From assembly GCA_902514765.1 (NCBI GenBank), contig CABXSA010000001.1, positions 13,180 to 77,179 of the forward strand: DNA of 64,000 nt, in the 5' to 3' direction. The notes below the pieces were generated by a model. That model was given only the letters and a program-made list of their open reading frames with translations, was not told the DNA's origin and searched no databases. A program made the position numbers and the translations under genes. This document shows positions 9,196 through 18,008 of the stretch, piece by piece. The stretch comes from an uncultured SAR86 cluster bacterium. GTDB lineage: Bacteria; Pseudomonadota; Gammaproteobacteria; Magnimaribacterales; AG-339-G14. How positions within the stretch are numbered: the stretch's first letter is position 1; each line of letters starts with the position of its first letter.

Positions 9196-10242
9196 ATGAA
9201 GTGGTCTAAAGAAGAAGCAAACAGCTGGTATAAAGAACAGCCGTGGTTAGTTGGTTGTAACTTTTTACCAAGTTCTGCAATCAATCAAATGGAAATGTTT
9301 CAAGAAGATACTTTTGATGAAGAAACTATTGAAAGAGAACTAGATTGGGCAAAAGATCTCGGATTCAATTCTTTAAGGGTTTATCTGCATGATTTGCTTT
9401 GGTCTGAGAAAGATAAGTTCAAAAGAACTTTTGACAGATTTTTAGATATTTGTGAAAAAAGGAAAATTAAACCAATTATTGTGCTCTTTGATGACTGTCA
9501 CCGGCCCTATCCAAAACTTGGCAAACAACCTTTGCCAGTAAGAGGAGTTCACAACTCTGGGTGGAAACAAAGCCCTGGTATGGAATTGGTCAATCAAGTA
9601 GATGAGGAAAAAATTGATACAAAGGAATTAAACAGATTAAAAGAATTTGTCCAAGGTGTTCTCAAAGACTATTCAAATGACGAAAGAATTTTGATGTGGG
9701 ATATTTACAACGAACCTGGCCAATTTGGTATCGGCGATAAAGCTCTTAAATTACTTCGATATGCTTGGGAATGGGCTTATGAAATTAGGCCTTCTCAACC
9801 TTTAACTGCTTGTTTGGATGGCGCCATAGGCGATGAAATCTTAAAACTTAATGGTGAACGTTCAGATGTAATAACCTTTCATACTTATGAAGCAGAGAAA
9901 TTGGAACCGACAATCGAAAGGCTAAAAGGATTTGGAAGGCCTTTGTTGTGTACCGAGTATATGGCAAGAGAATTTGGCACTACTTTTGAATTCTCACTTC
10001 CTATCTTTAAAAAAGAAAATGTCGGTTGTTACAACTGGGGTTTTACCGCGGGTAAAAGTCAAACTCATTTTGGCTGGTCAACAATTTTGGAGCTTCAAGA
10101 AAAAAAGAAGAAAGGTGAATTTTTAAATGAGGGAGATGAGTTGCCAGAACCTAAAGAGTGGTTTCATGACATATTTAGAATTGATGGTTCTCCTTATGAC
10201 AAGAAAGAAATAGAATTTATAATTAAAATTCTAAAAGAATAA
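9196..10242 (+). CDS. glycoside hydrolase, clan GH-A (GH5-like), no signal peptide
   Basis: (beta/alpha)8-type motifs: NEP acid/base (WDIYNEPG) and a candidate nucleophile Glu in LLCTEYMA. Confidence 0.6.
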   Translation: MKWSKEEANSWYKEQPWLVGCNFLPSSAINQMEMFQEDTFDEETIERELDWAKDLGFNSLRVYLHDLLWSEKDKFKRTFDRFLDICEKRKIKPIIVLFDDCHRPYPKLGKQPLPVRGVHNSGWKQSPGMELVNQVDEEKIDTKELNRLKEFVQGVLKDYSNDERILMWDIYNEPGQFGIGDKALKLLRYAWEWAYEIRPSQPLTACLDGAIGDEILKLNGERSDVITFHTYEAEKLEPTIERLKGFGRPLLCTEYMAREFGTTFEFSLPIFKKENVGCYNWGFTAGKSQTHFGWSTILELQEKKKKGEFLNEGDELPEPKEWFHDIFRIDGSPYDKKEIEFIIKILKE

Positions 10243-10270
10243 AAAAAGGCGGGATTTCCCGCCTTTTTTA
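10243..10270. terminator. bidirectional rho-independent terminator
   Basis: A-run, GGCGGG (10248-10253), loop ATTT, CCCGCC (10258-10263), T-run. Sits between convergent genes. Confidence 0.75.
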
Positions 10271-10283
10271 TTTATAAAAGTTA

Positions 10284-10970
10284 CTATCTCGCGTAATTGA
10301 CTTCGCAATTCATGATAAATCCTCTTTTCAAATATCTTAATTTTTGAATTTGATTGGTAAGACTTTGTCCCCAATTTTCATTTCTGCTATCTAAAAAGGC
10401 TCCTAATCTTTGTGGTGTGGGTCCTTGAATAACAACCATCATCTGGCCGGTGTAATCTCCTGTATTAATCTGATATGCCTCCAGAGTTATATCCTCAAAA
10501 CCATTGGCCTGTGCTAAAGCTTGGTACTCAGATATTGCATTTAAATATGCGGCAGGATTTTTGGTTTTTACGTTTATATTATAGTTCGCAAAAGTTTGTC
10601 CTGTTTCGAATGAGCCTGAAGCTTCTGTTAAAACTGAATAATGGTCTACCTCTCTTATTGTTCTTTTACTGGCTATTTTTGAAATTTCTCTAATGTAAAC
10701 AGGATCTACTGTGTTACCGCCGATAGAGTCAGCATGATTTTCAAATAGAGACCAGTAATACATATCTCCAAATTCTTCTGCGCCATAACCTGGCTGGCAA
10801 ACGCCTGAAGATACTACGTTGTTAATTTCTGCAAGAGCTTTTCCACTTCCTCTAGCCCATTCCATATATGCAACTGGATCAGATGTATTAATTGTAAACA
10901 CAGACATTGCAGGTGCTGCAAATCCTACGCCACTGATGGCGAGAATAGCGCTTAAAAATATTTTTTTCAT
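10284..10970 (-). CDS. secreted protein of unknown function, two-half architecture like 5913..6662
   Basis: Signal peptide MKKIFLSAILAISGVGFAAPA. Halves begin FTINTSDPVAYMEWARGSGKALAE and NINVKTKNPAAYLNAISEYQALAQ. GGAGA SD. Confidence 0.55.
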   Translation of the reverse strand: MKKIFLSAILAISGVGFAAPAMSVFTINTSDPVAYMEWARGSGKALAEINNVVSSGVCQPGYGAEEFGDMYYWSLFENHADSIGGNTVDPVYIREISKIASKRTIREVDHYSVLTEASGSFETGQTFANYNINVKTKNPAAYLNAISEYQALAQANGFEDITLEAYQINTGDYTGQMMVVIQGPTPQRLGAFLDSRNENWGQSLTNQIQKLRYLKRGFIMNCEVNYAR

Positions 10971-11003
10971 TTTTTTCTCCTAAAAAATTGAATATTTAAT
11001 ATA

Positions 11004-12176
11004 TCAAGGCTTCGAAAAGTTTTCTACTGCCCTCCAAACTCTCAATAAGTTTCCTCCAAAAATTTTTTTAATTTCTTCGTGGGTATAATTTCTCTTTAAT
11101 AATTCTTCAATTAAATTTGGATAAGTTGAAGTATCTTCCAAGCCAACAGGAAAATTCCGCCAGCCATCGTAATCGGAACCTATTCCAACGTGATCAATAC
11201 CAACTAAATTTTTTACTCTGTCTATATGATCAGCAACATCCTGAACGGTGACAACAAGTTTTGGATATTTTTTCTTTTCGGCAATAAATTCGGAGCCGAA
11301 ACAAATTTGAATAACGCCTTCATTTTTAGCTAATTCTCGTAACATGTCATCTGACACATTTCTCTCAAAGCCTGGCACAAAGTGTCTTAGTGAGCTATGA
11401 GAAGCTATAACTGGAGTTTTAGTTAAGCGTAAAACTTCATAAAAGGCAGCATCAGATACGTGACTTATATCTATCATTACTCCTTGGTTGTTCATTTCAG
11501 CAACTACCTCTCTTCCAAAAGGGCTTAAGCCACCCCAATTTTTATTCTCGTCATAAGAAGAGTCTGAAATATGATTGCTTTTCGAATGAGCTAAAGTAAT
11601 GTAATTGATACCCATGTCAGAAAATAATTTTATATTTGAAAGCTTGCTTTCGATTGGAGCGCCATTTTCCATACCATATACAACCTGCATAACCTCTTTA
11701 TCATTTGTAATTTCTTCAGGGGATTTTACTAATCTAAATTTATCGGGATTTTTATTCATGATGTCTTCAAGAATCTGAATAATTTCTTCAGCCATTTTAA
11801 AGGCTGTACCTTTTTCTTCTGCAGAAGGTGGGGTAAAGATAACAAAAAAAGGTACATTTAGCCCTCCACTTACTGCTCTATCGAAGTCAAAATGCAGGGA
11901 AGAAGCTTTTGTAATATCTTCATATGATCCATTTTTATCCTGCTGTATGTAAAGTTGAATAGGTGTATCCAGATGAGTATCAATAATTAAAATTTCTTGT
12001 GCTAATTCTTGTGCAAGGTCTTTAATTTCATCTCTTTCTCTTTTTCTGTCCATTAGCTTTCTTGCTTTCATGACATCTTGAAGACGTACTTGATAGTTTT
12101 TGTCCTGACTTTCAGAAAAAGCTAAAGGGGAAATAAATATAAAAGTGATTAGAGTTAAAAATGTTACGATTCTCAT
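11004..12176 (-). CDS. membrane/renal-type dipeptidase (peptidase M19) with signal peptide
   Basis: IDTHLDTP, GSDYDG and HSS..H motifs. N-terminal signal sequence. Confidence 0.85.
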   Translation of the reverse strand: MRIVTFLTLITFIFISPLAFSESQDKNYQVRLQDVMKARKLMDRKRERDEIKDLAQELAQEILIIDTHLDTPIQLYIQQDKNGSYEDITKASSLHFDFDRAVSGGLNVPFFVIFTPPSAEEKGTAFKMAEEIIQILEDIMNKNPDKFRLVKSPEEITNDKEVMQVVYGMENGAPIESKLSNIKLFSDMGINYITLAHSKSNHISDSSYDENKNWGGLSPFGREVVAEMNNQGVMIDISHVSDAAFYEVLRLTKTPVIASHSSLRHFVPGFERNVSDDMLRELAKNEGVIQICFGSEFIAEKKKYPKLVVTVQDVADHIDRVKNLVGIDHVGIGSDYDGWRNFPVGLEDTSTYPNLIEELLKRNYTHEEIKKIFGGNLLRVWRAVENFSKP

Positions 12177-13921
12177 GGCAGCCTTATTTTATCTACCATC
12201 TGCTCTACTTCAATTGGTGGTTTAGCAGTTAAAGCAGAAACGAAAACAGCAATTATAAAATTCACAAACATGCCTAGAAAACCAATTCCTTCAGGAGAGA
12301 TACCAAAAAGCCAATTTTCAGGATTATTCAATTCTGGAGATAAGAATTTGAAGAAGATGATATAACTAGAAGTAAATAACAAACCGCCTAACATGCCAAA
12401 AACAGCACCTTCTTTGTTTAATCTCTTAAAAAAGATACCTAAAAATATTGCAGGAAATATTGTGGAGGCTGCCAAGCCAAATGCGAAGGCGACAACTTGC
12501 GCTACAAAGCCTGGGGGATAGATTCCAAAAAGTCCCGCTATGAAAATTGCAATTGCTGCCGAACACCTTGCATAAAACAGCTCTTGTTTTTCATTGATTT
12601 TGGGCATGAAAGTTTTCTTTAATAAATCATGAGATATGGATGAAGATATTACTAAAAGCAAACCAGCTGCTGTAGATAAGGCAGCAGCTAACCCTCCAGC
12701 AGCTACTAACGCCATTACCCATGCAGGTAATTTTGCAATCTCAGGATTTGCTAACACCATGATGTCTTGATCGATGTAAACTTCATTATCATTATCTTTG
12801 GTACTAGGATTTTTTATTTCCCGCTCTCCTTGTGACCCTCTTGAGTCGAGAAAATCTGGACGGCCCTCTTCAAATGCTTTGCCCGCTGAATAATTTATTA
12901 ATCCGTCTTCATTTTTATCCTTCCAAGCAATTAGACCTATATTCTCCCAATTTTTAAACCAATCTGGTGAATCTAGGTAGTTTTTTTCTTGAATGGATTC
13001 AATAAAGTTTACCCTTGAGAAAGCAGCTACCGCAGGTGCAGTTGTATACAAGATAGCAATACATATCAAAGCATATCCGGCTGACTTCCTGGCATCACTG
13101 ACTTTTGGCACAGTGAAAAATCTAACAATTACATGAGGCAATCCAGCGGTACCGAACATCAAAGCAGCAGTGATACAGAAAATATCAATATTTGACTTGG
13201 TGCTTTGTGTATATGCATTGAAACCTAAATCTATAGAAAGTTGATCTAATTTATCTAATAGATAAGTGGAACTATTTACTAAAGTATCTCCAAAACCTAA
13301 CTGAGGTATGGGATTTCCGGTTATCAAAATTGAAATGAATATTGCGGGTACTAGGTAGGCAAAAATCATCACACAATATTGAGCAACTTGTGTATAGGTA
13401 ATCCCTTTCATTCCGCCAAGTACTGCGTAGAAAAAAACTACAATCATTCCGATGATAACTCCAATGTTTATTTCCACTTCCAAAAATCTTGAAAAGACTA
13501 TTCCAACCCCTCTCATTTGTCCTGCAACATACGTAAAAGAAATGAAAATTAAGCAAAGTACTGCGACAAGACGAGCTGTTTTTGAGTAGTAACGTGTGCC
13601 TATGAAATCTGGAACAGTATATTGGCCAAATTTTCTTAAGTAAGGCGCTAGCAATAAAGCCAATAAAACATATCCTCCAGTCCAGCCCATCAAATATACT
13701 GCTCCATCTTTCCCGAGAAAAGAAATCAGCCCTGCCATGGAAATAAAAGATGATGCTGACATCCAATCGGCTGCAGTCGCCATTCCATTTGCAACCGGGT
13801 TAACACCCTTCCCAGCAACATAAAAATCGTTAGTAGATTCTGCTCGCGACCAAATAGCAATGCCGATATAGAGCATAAAAGAAAGTCCTACAAAAAGATA
13901 AGTTAATGCTTGAGCGCTCAA
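12173..13921 (-). CDS. sodium:solute symporter family transporter (VC_2705 / ActP-like subgroup)
   Basis: About 13 TM helices with SSF-type sequence. Coupled to an upstream DUF4212 small subunit. 4-nt overlaps on both sides. Confidence 0.85.
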   Translation of the reverse strand: MSAQALTYLFVGLSFMLYIGIAIWSRAESTNDFYVAGKGVNPVANGMATAADWMSASSFISMAGLISFLGKDGAVYLMGWTGGYVLLALLLAPYLRKFGQYTVPDFIGTRYYSKTARLVAVLCLIFISFTYVAGQMRGVGIVFSRFLEVEINIGVIIGMIVVFFYAVLGGMKGITYTQVAQYCVMIFAYLVPAIFISILITGNPIPQLGFGDTLVNSSTYLLDKLDQLSIDLGFNAYTQSTKSNIDIFCITAALMFGTAGLPHVIVRFFTVPKVSDARKSAGYALICIAILYTTAPAVAAFSRVNFIESIQEKNYLDSPDWFKNWENIGLIAWKDKNEDGLINYSAGKAFEEGRPDFLDSRGSQGEREIKNPSTKDNDNEVYIDQDIMVLANPEIAKLPAWVMALVAAGGLAAALSTAAGLLLVISSSISHDLLKKTFMPKINEKQELFYARCSAAIAIFIAGLFGIYPPGFVAQVVAFAFGLAASTIFPAIFLGIFFKRLNKEGAVFGMLGGLLFTSSYIIFFKFLSPELNNPENWLFGISPEGIGFLGMFVNFIIAVFVSALTAKPPIEVEQMVDKIRLP

Positions 13922-14175
13922 CTTTTATCCTCTTTATTATCTTTCAATTTTTTTTCAATGCGATTCATGGCAAAAACATAAACAAAAATAAGAATCACAA
14001 AACCGTAAATACTCCCTTGCTGAGCGAACCAAAATCCTAATTTAAATCCACCTATTGAAAATTGATCTAAAAAATCTGAGAGAACTATTCCAAATCCAAA
14101 CCAAATCATAAGCCAGATGGATAAGAGAATAATTAACAGCCTTATATTTGCTTTCCAATACTCTTTGTCAGTCAT
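13918..14175 (-). CDS. DUF4212 putative solute:sodium symporter small subunit
   Basis: GGFKLGFWFAQQGSIYGFVILIFVY matches the DUF4212 signature as I recall it. Overlaps the symporter start. Confidence 0.7.
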   Translation of the reverse strand: MTDKEYWKANIRLLIILLSIWLMIWFGFGIVLSDFLDQFSIGGFKLGFWFAQQGSIYGFVILIFVYVFAMNRIEKKLKDNKEDKS

Positions 14176-14251
14176 ATATTTTTTAAAATTACTTTATGGG
14201 TTATTCTAGATTAAATAAAAAATTTTTTTTTAAACTTATTATTGATTAGAT

Positions 14252-15295
14252 ATGGAAAATAAAGAAACAGTATTAGTAACAGGTGGTTCAGGATTTATTG
14301 GCTCTCATTGCATTATTCAACTTGCAGCAGCAGGGTATAACGTGAAAGCGACAGTGAGAGATTTATCGAGAACCAATAAACTAAACCAAATACTATTAAC
14401 TGGTTTAGAAAAACATGAGGGAAAATCAGATCTTTTAGTTGATTGGCAAGTGGCGAATTTGTCATCTGACGAAGGCTGGGATGAAGCAGTCAAAGGATGT
14501 GATTATGTTTTGCATGTTGCATCTCCAATTGGTATGGAGTTACCTAAAAATGAAGATGAAATGGTGAAGCCTGCTGTTGAAGGAACACTTAGAGTTCTTA
14601 AAGCTGCTTCGAAAGCAGGGGTTAAAAGAGTAGTTATTACCTCTTCTGTTGCTGCAATTATGTATGGTACAGATAAACAAGGTGTATTTGATGAAGAGGA
14701 TTGGACTAATCCAGAAAGCAAAACAACAAATGTTTATGCCAAGTCAAAAACTTTAGCTGAACAGGCTGCTTGGGATTTTATGAAACAAGATACTTCTGGC
14801 ATGGAACTTTCTACAGTTTTGCCGGCAATGGTTTTCGGCCCAATTTTAGAGGAAGACTTTGGTGTTAGTGTGGGTGCAATTTTAGATATGATGAATGGTA
14901 AATATCCAATTGTTCCAAATTGGGACATGGGCGTTGTTGACGTAAGAGATGTGGCCGCACTTGAATTATTAGCGATGACTAAACCTGAGGCAGCGGGCAA
15001 AAGATTTGTTTGCTCATCAGAAAACATGTTCATGAAAGATCAAAATGAGTACCTCTCGGAACTCTTTCCAGAATCTGCTTCCAAAATTCCAAACAGAGTA
15101 GCGCCTAATTGGCTTATTAAGTTTCTAGCACTTTTCCTGCCCGCTTTGAAAATGATTGCTGAAGGCTTAGGCAAAGAAAGAAGCATGGATTCTTCACAAG
15201 CAAGAAATTTATTAGGCTGGAATCCAAGATCCGCTAAAGAGGCTGTAAAATCTGCCGCTGAAAGTGCCAAAGAATTTGGCTTAATAAAAGACTAA
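14252..15295 (+). CDS. NAD-dependent epimerase/dehydratase family, aldehyde (cinnamoyl-CoA/dihydroflavonol) reductase-like
   Basis: VLVTGGSGFIGSH Rossmann motif and YAKSK catalytic YxxxK. Confidence 0.75.
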   Translation: MENKETVLVTGGSGFIGSHCIIQLAAAGYNVKATVRDLSRTNKLNQILLTGLEKHEGKSDLLVDWQVANLSSDEGWDEAVKGCDYVLHVASPIGMELPKNEDEMVKPAVEGTLRVLKAASKAGVKRVVITSSVAAIMYGTDKQGVFDEEDWTNPESKTTNVYAKSKTLAEQAAWDFMKQDTSGMELSTVLPAMVFGPILEEDFGVSVGAILDMMNGKYPIVPNWDMGVVDVRDVAALELLAMTKPEAAGKRFVCSSENMFMKDQNEYLSELFPESASKIPNRVAPNWLIKFLALFLPALKMIAEGLGKERSMDSSQARNLLGWNPRSAKEAVKSAAESAKEFGLIKD

Positions 15296-16089
15296 GTTTT
15301 CTTATTTACAAAAAACTGTCTATCGGGATTATTGGCCTCTTCTTTATCAGAAAAAGGCGGATAACGAACTGCGCCATTAGGAGCATACTGCAAAATGTAA
15401 GATTTTCTGGTTAAGTCTGTTTTGTTTGGTCCTGTGCAATGCGGGGTCAAAGAAGAAAAGACTACAATATCTCCTGCTTTTGCTGGAACTGGTATAGCAT
15501 CAGAATCATCAAGTTTTATTCTGTAGCCTATTTCAGTGACATCATGCTTAAGCGTTCCCATTTTGTGTAATTTTGGAATAACCCATGGACAGCCATTGGT
15601 TTCATCGGTATCGGTTAAAGGTATCCAACAAGTTAAGTAAGCTTGAGGATAAACAAAAGTGTAACCATTGTCTTGATGCCAGGGAAAATCTTCTTGTGTA
15701 TCTGCTTTCTTATATACTGCTTGATCCCAATACAATCTTACGTCTCCACCGATTAAATCATGACACAAGCCTTTAAAAACTTGATGACTCGCAAAAGATT
15801 TTAAGAAGCTTGAATATAAGACTAAATGAGTGGTAAATGTAATATCGTCCGCTCTTGAAATTAAAAACTTCCCATCCTTATATTGGCGAAGATCTTCTGT
15901 CACTTTTTCTTCAAAAGGATCTATCTCATTTAATACTTGATCGATTTCTTCCTTTGAAAACACACCCTTTAGAAGAAAAAAGCCTTGTTCGTCATATTGC
16001 TTAACTTCTGCTTCAGAAAGATAGCTAAATGGAGGGGTTTTTTTCTTCCAAGAAAAAGATTTATTTCTTTCGTGTAGTTCCAGCTTCAT
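15292..16089 (-). CDS. phytanoyl-CoA dioxygenase (PhyH) family Fe(II)/2-oxoglutarate oxygenase
   Basis: HxD in WHQDNGY and distal His in TPHCTGPN. PhyH-like N-terminus (YDEQGFFLLKGVF). Confidence 0.7.
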   Translation of the reverse strand: MKLELHERNKSFSWKKKTPPFSYLSEAEVKQYDEQGFFLLKGVFSKEEIDQVLNEIDPFEEKVTEDLRQYKDGKFLISRADDITFTTHLVLYSSFLKSFASHQVFKGLCHDLIGGDVRLYWDQAVYKKADTQEDFPWHQDNGYTFVYPQAYLTCWIPLTDTDETNGCPWVIPKLHKMGTLKHDVTEIGYRIKLDDSDAIPVPAKAGDIVVFSSLTPHCTGPNKTDLTRKSYILQYAPNGAVRYPPFSDKEEANNPDRQFFVNKKT

Positions 16090-16093
16090 GTCA

Positions 16094-16270
16094 TTAATTA
16101 AAAGAATTTTCTAAGACCCAAAACTCCTCAAAATAATCTCCTGATTTTGGTCGCTCTTTATAAAGAGAGGTGTAATATCCGCCAAAAACTTTCCCATCTT
16201 GGATATCAGACTTAGGTCTTGGGTCCCCAATTTCAAAAGGCTTGCCTGTATCGGGATTTAATCTCTTCAC
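16094..16270 (-). CDS. candidate 58-aa protein (GTG start) filling the gap between the sulfatase-like gene and PhyH
   Basis: Open frame MKRLNPDTGKPFEIGDPRPKSDIQDGKVFGGYYTSLYKERPKSGDYFEEFWVLENSFN. Begins 10 nt after the upstream stop and ends 4 nt before the PhyH ATG. No ATG, no SD. Confidence 0.3.
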   Translation of the reverse strand: MKRLNPDTGKPFEIGDPRPKSDIQDGKVFGGYYTSLYKERPKSGDYFEEFWVLENSFN

Positions 16271-16280
16271 GAAAGTATTA

Positions 16281-17999
16281 TCAGCTATTCAAAGATTCAA
16301 GGTCAAAACAAGAAAAGAATTTTCTTACTTCATCTGAGTTATTCATTACAACCAAAGCTTCTTCTTCAACTTCAGATAAAGTTTTTTTCATGCTCAAAAG
16401 GTCATACCAAGTATCAGAAGATAAGCTTAAAGAAGGACTACCTTCAGATTCTTTATCAATTACTGCTATAGAGTTTCTAATTGAATAAAAAATGTTTTCA
16501 TCATCAGAAAAATTAAATTCTAAAGTTTGAGTGTAAGCATCTGCTTTTTCTGGAATCAACAGGACTCTCAATAACTTTAATGAGTCTATAGGAGAGCGTC
16601 TCGCTAATTCTCTTTTATTGAAACGATGCTTCCTGAAACGACTTAAATTTAAAGACTCATCCAGCTCTAGAGCTCTGGTTATGCACCAATTCCTTATATT
16701 TGCCGCTGAGGTAGAATAAGCCACCCCTCTAAGCGCAGTAGCTAAACGTTTACGATCTTCAGGCTCTCCAGCATCTGCAATACCTTGAGTATTATAATTT
16801 GAGCGAACCAGCCATGAAGAAAGCTCTATCGCCCAACGAAAATCCTCTGCTTCCAAAGAGGAATCAATAATTTCTCTTACTTTTTCAATTCCACCAAAGC
16901 CCTCTATTAGGCGTACAGACCTTTCAGGAGAAGGCACTGGGAAAAGATTTGCCTCATCCTCATCAAACCATCCAAAAAGACCAGAGTAGATTTGTCTAAC
17001 ATGGTGCTCTACGACACCATATAACTGTTGCGTAGTGTAATGCTCTTGAAAATGTCTTGGAAGTTTGATTGTACTAATAGCCTCATTTAGAGTAAGCCCC
17101 TTATTGGCGCATCTCACAGTTTGGTCCCACAAAAATTGCAAAGTATCTCGATAATTTATAATTATTTTTTTTATTTCTTCTTGTCCTGAAAATGGTGGGC
17201 CGTGAGCACTTATTAAATCTTCTGCTTCAAGTTCAGCTAGTTGATCCAAGCCTTTCATCATAATTCTAGGGTCTCGATATTCTTCTCCTCTAATAGCAAA
17301 AACATTGAATAAAACCGGCCACAGAAGATTGTTTATGGCTAGCTTCAAATCAGGGAACCAAATTGTAATGGAATCGGTCGCATCAGATGGGGCTGGAAAA
17401 AATTCTACTTTCAAACCAGCTATTTTTGCTTTTGTCGGCTCAATGAAAGTATGTTTTGGTGGAATATAGCCATTCGTGAAAGGAGCATGTTCAGGGTTTC
17501 GAAAAAAATTTCCGAGCCCCAAATTAACAATGCCGTCAGGTCCTTCTTGGGGCATGGAAGTCGCAAACTGGTGAGCCAACCCTCTCGTTACTCTAGGCGC
17601 AACCTCTCCACCAAATCTATCTAAGTTAGCTTGAATACCATCATGTCCCCAAATTGCTAAATTTTTATTTTCATCAACAAGTGTTTGGGTACCGCCTACA
17701 TAGTGAAAATGGGTATAAATGCATGCAACAACTGGAGCTTGAGTTTTTTTTCTTACCTCCTTTAAGGCTGCAGCCATCTCCTGATTACTTTCTCCGGTAT
17801 CTATGCAAATTAAACCTTCAGGTCCTTCTACGAAAGATTGGTTGGAAAGACCATTGCCAATTAAAGACCAGGCATTATTGCCTACTTTATAAAGCTTTTT
17901 TTCTAAACGTTTGCTATGTTCCAGGGTTGTCGGATGCGCCAATTGACCCTTTGGGCCTATTTGAGTAACTCCTGGCTTGAAAGAATCTTCTAAGTTCAT
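16281..17999 (-). CDS. metallo-beta-lactamase-fold alkyl/aryl-sulfatase-like protein with SCP2-like C-terminal domain and a degenerate metal motif
   Basis: Overall similarity to the SdsA1/Bds1 layout: MBL core, dimerisation region NYRDTLQFLWDQTVRCANKGLTLNEA, SCP2-like tail. The HxHxDH site reads THFHYVGG. Confidence 0.65.
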   Translation of the reverse strand: MNLEDSFKPGVTQIGPKGQLAHPTTLEHSKRLEKKLYKVGNNAWSLIGNGLSNQSFVEGPEGLICIDTGESNQEMAAALKEVRKKTQAPVVACIYTHFHYVGGTQTLVDENKNLAIWGHDGIQANLDRFGGEVAPRVTRGLAHQFATSMPQEGPDGIVNLGLGNFFRNPEHAPFTNGYIPPKHTFIEPTKAKIAGLKVEFFPAPSDATDSITIWFPDLKLAINNLLWPVLFNVFAIRGEEYRDPRIMMKGLDQLAELEAEDLISAHGPPFSGQEEIKKIIINYRDTLQFLWDQTVRCANKGLTLNEAISTIKLPRHFQEHYTTQQLYGVVEHHVRQIYSGLFGWFDEDEANLFPVPSPERSVRLIEGFGGIEKVREIIDSSLEAEDFRWAIELSSWLVRSNYNTQGIADAGEPEDRKRLATALRGVAYSTSAANIRNWCITRALELDESLNLSRFRKHRFNKRELARRSPIDSLKLLRVLLIPEKADAYTQTLEFNFSDDENIFYSIRNSIAVIDKESEGSPSLSLSSDTWYDLLSMKKTLSEVEEEALVVMNNSDEVRKFFSCFDLESLNS

Positions 18000-18008
18000 A
18001 AAAAATCC

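Noticed and set aside
13272-13766. 164-aa ORF in an alternative minus-strand reading frame inside the SSS symporter gene. Similar embedded or antisense track ORFs are 38204-38605 in coxB, 48530-48934 in gyrB, 59321-59743 in rsmG, and 60396-60764 and 60777-61127 in parA/parB.
   Set aside because: All lie entirely within strongly conserved genes. They have low-complexity or Cys/Ser/Leu/Phe-skewed composition typical of off-frame translation of AT-rich coding DNA, and no SD or recognisable motifs.
16219-16488. 89-aa plus-strand ORF spanning the sulfatase-like gene end and the following gap.
   Set aside because: It is antisense to a well-supported C-terminal SCP2-like domain. The minus-strand small ORF explains the gap better.
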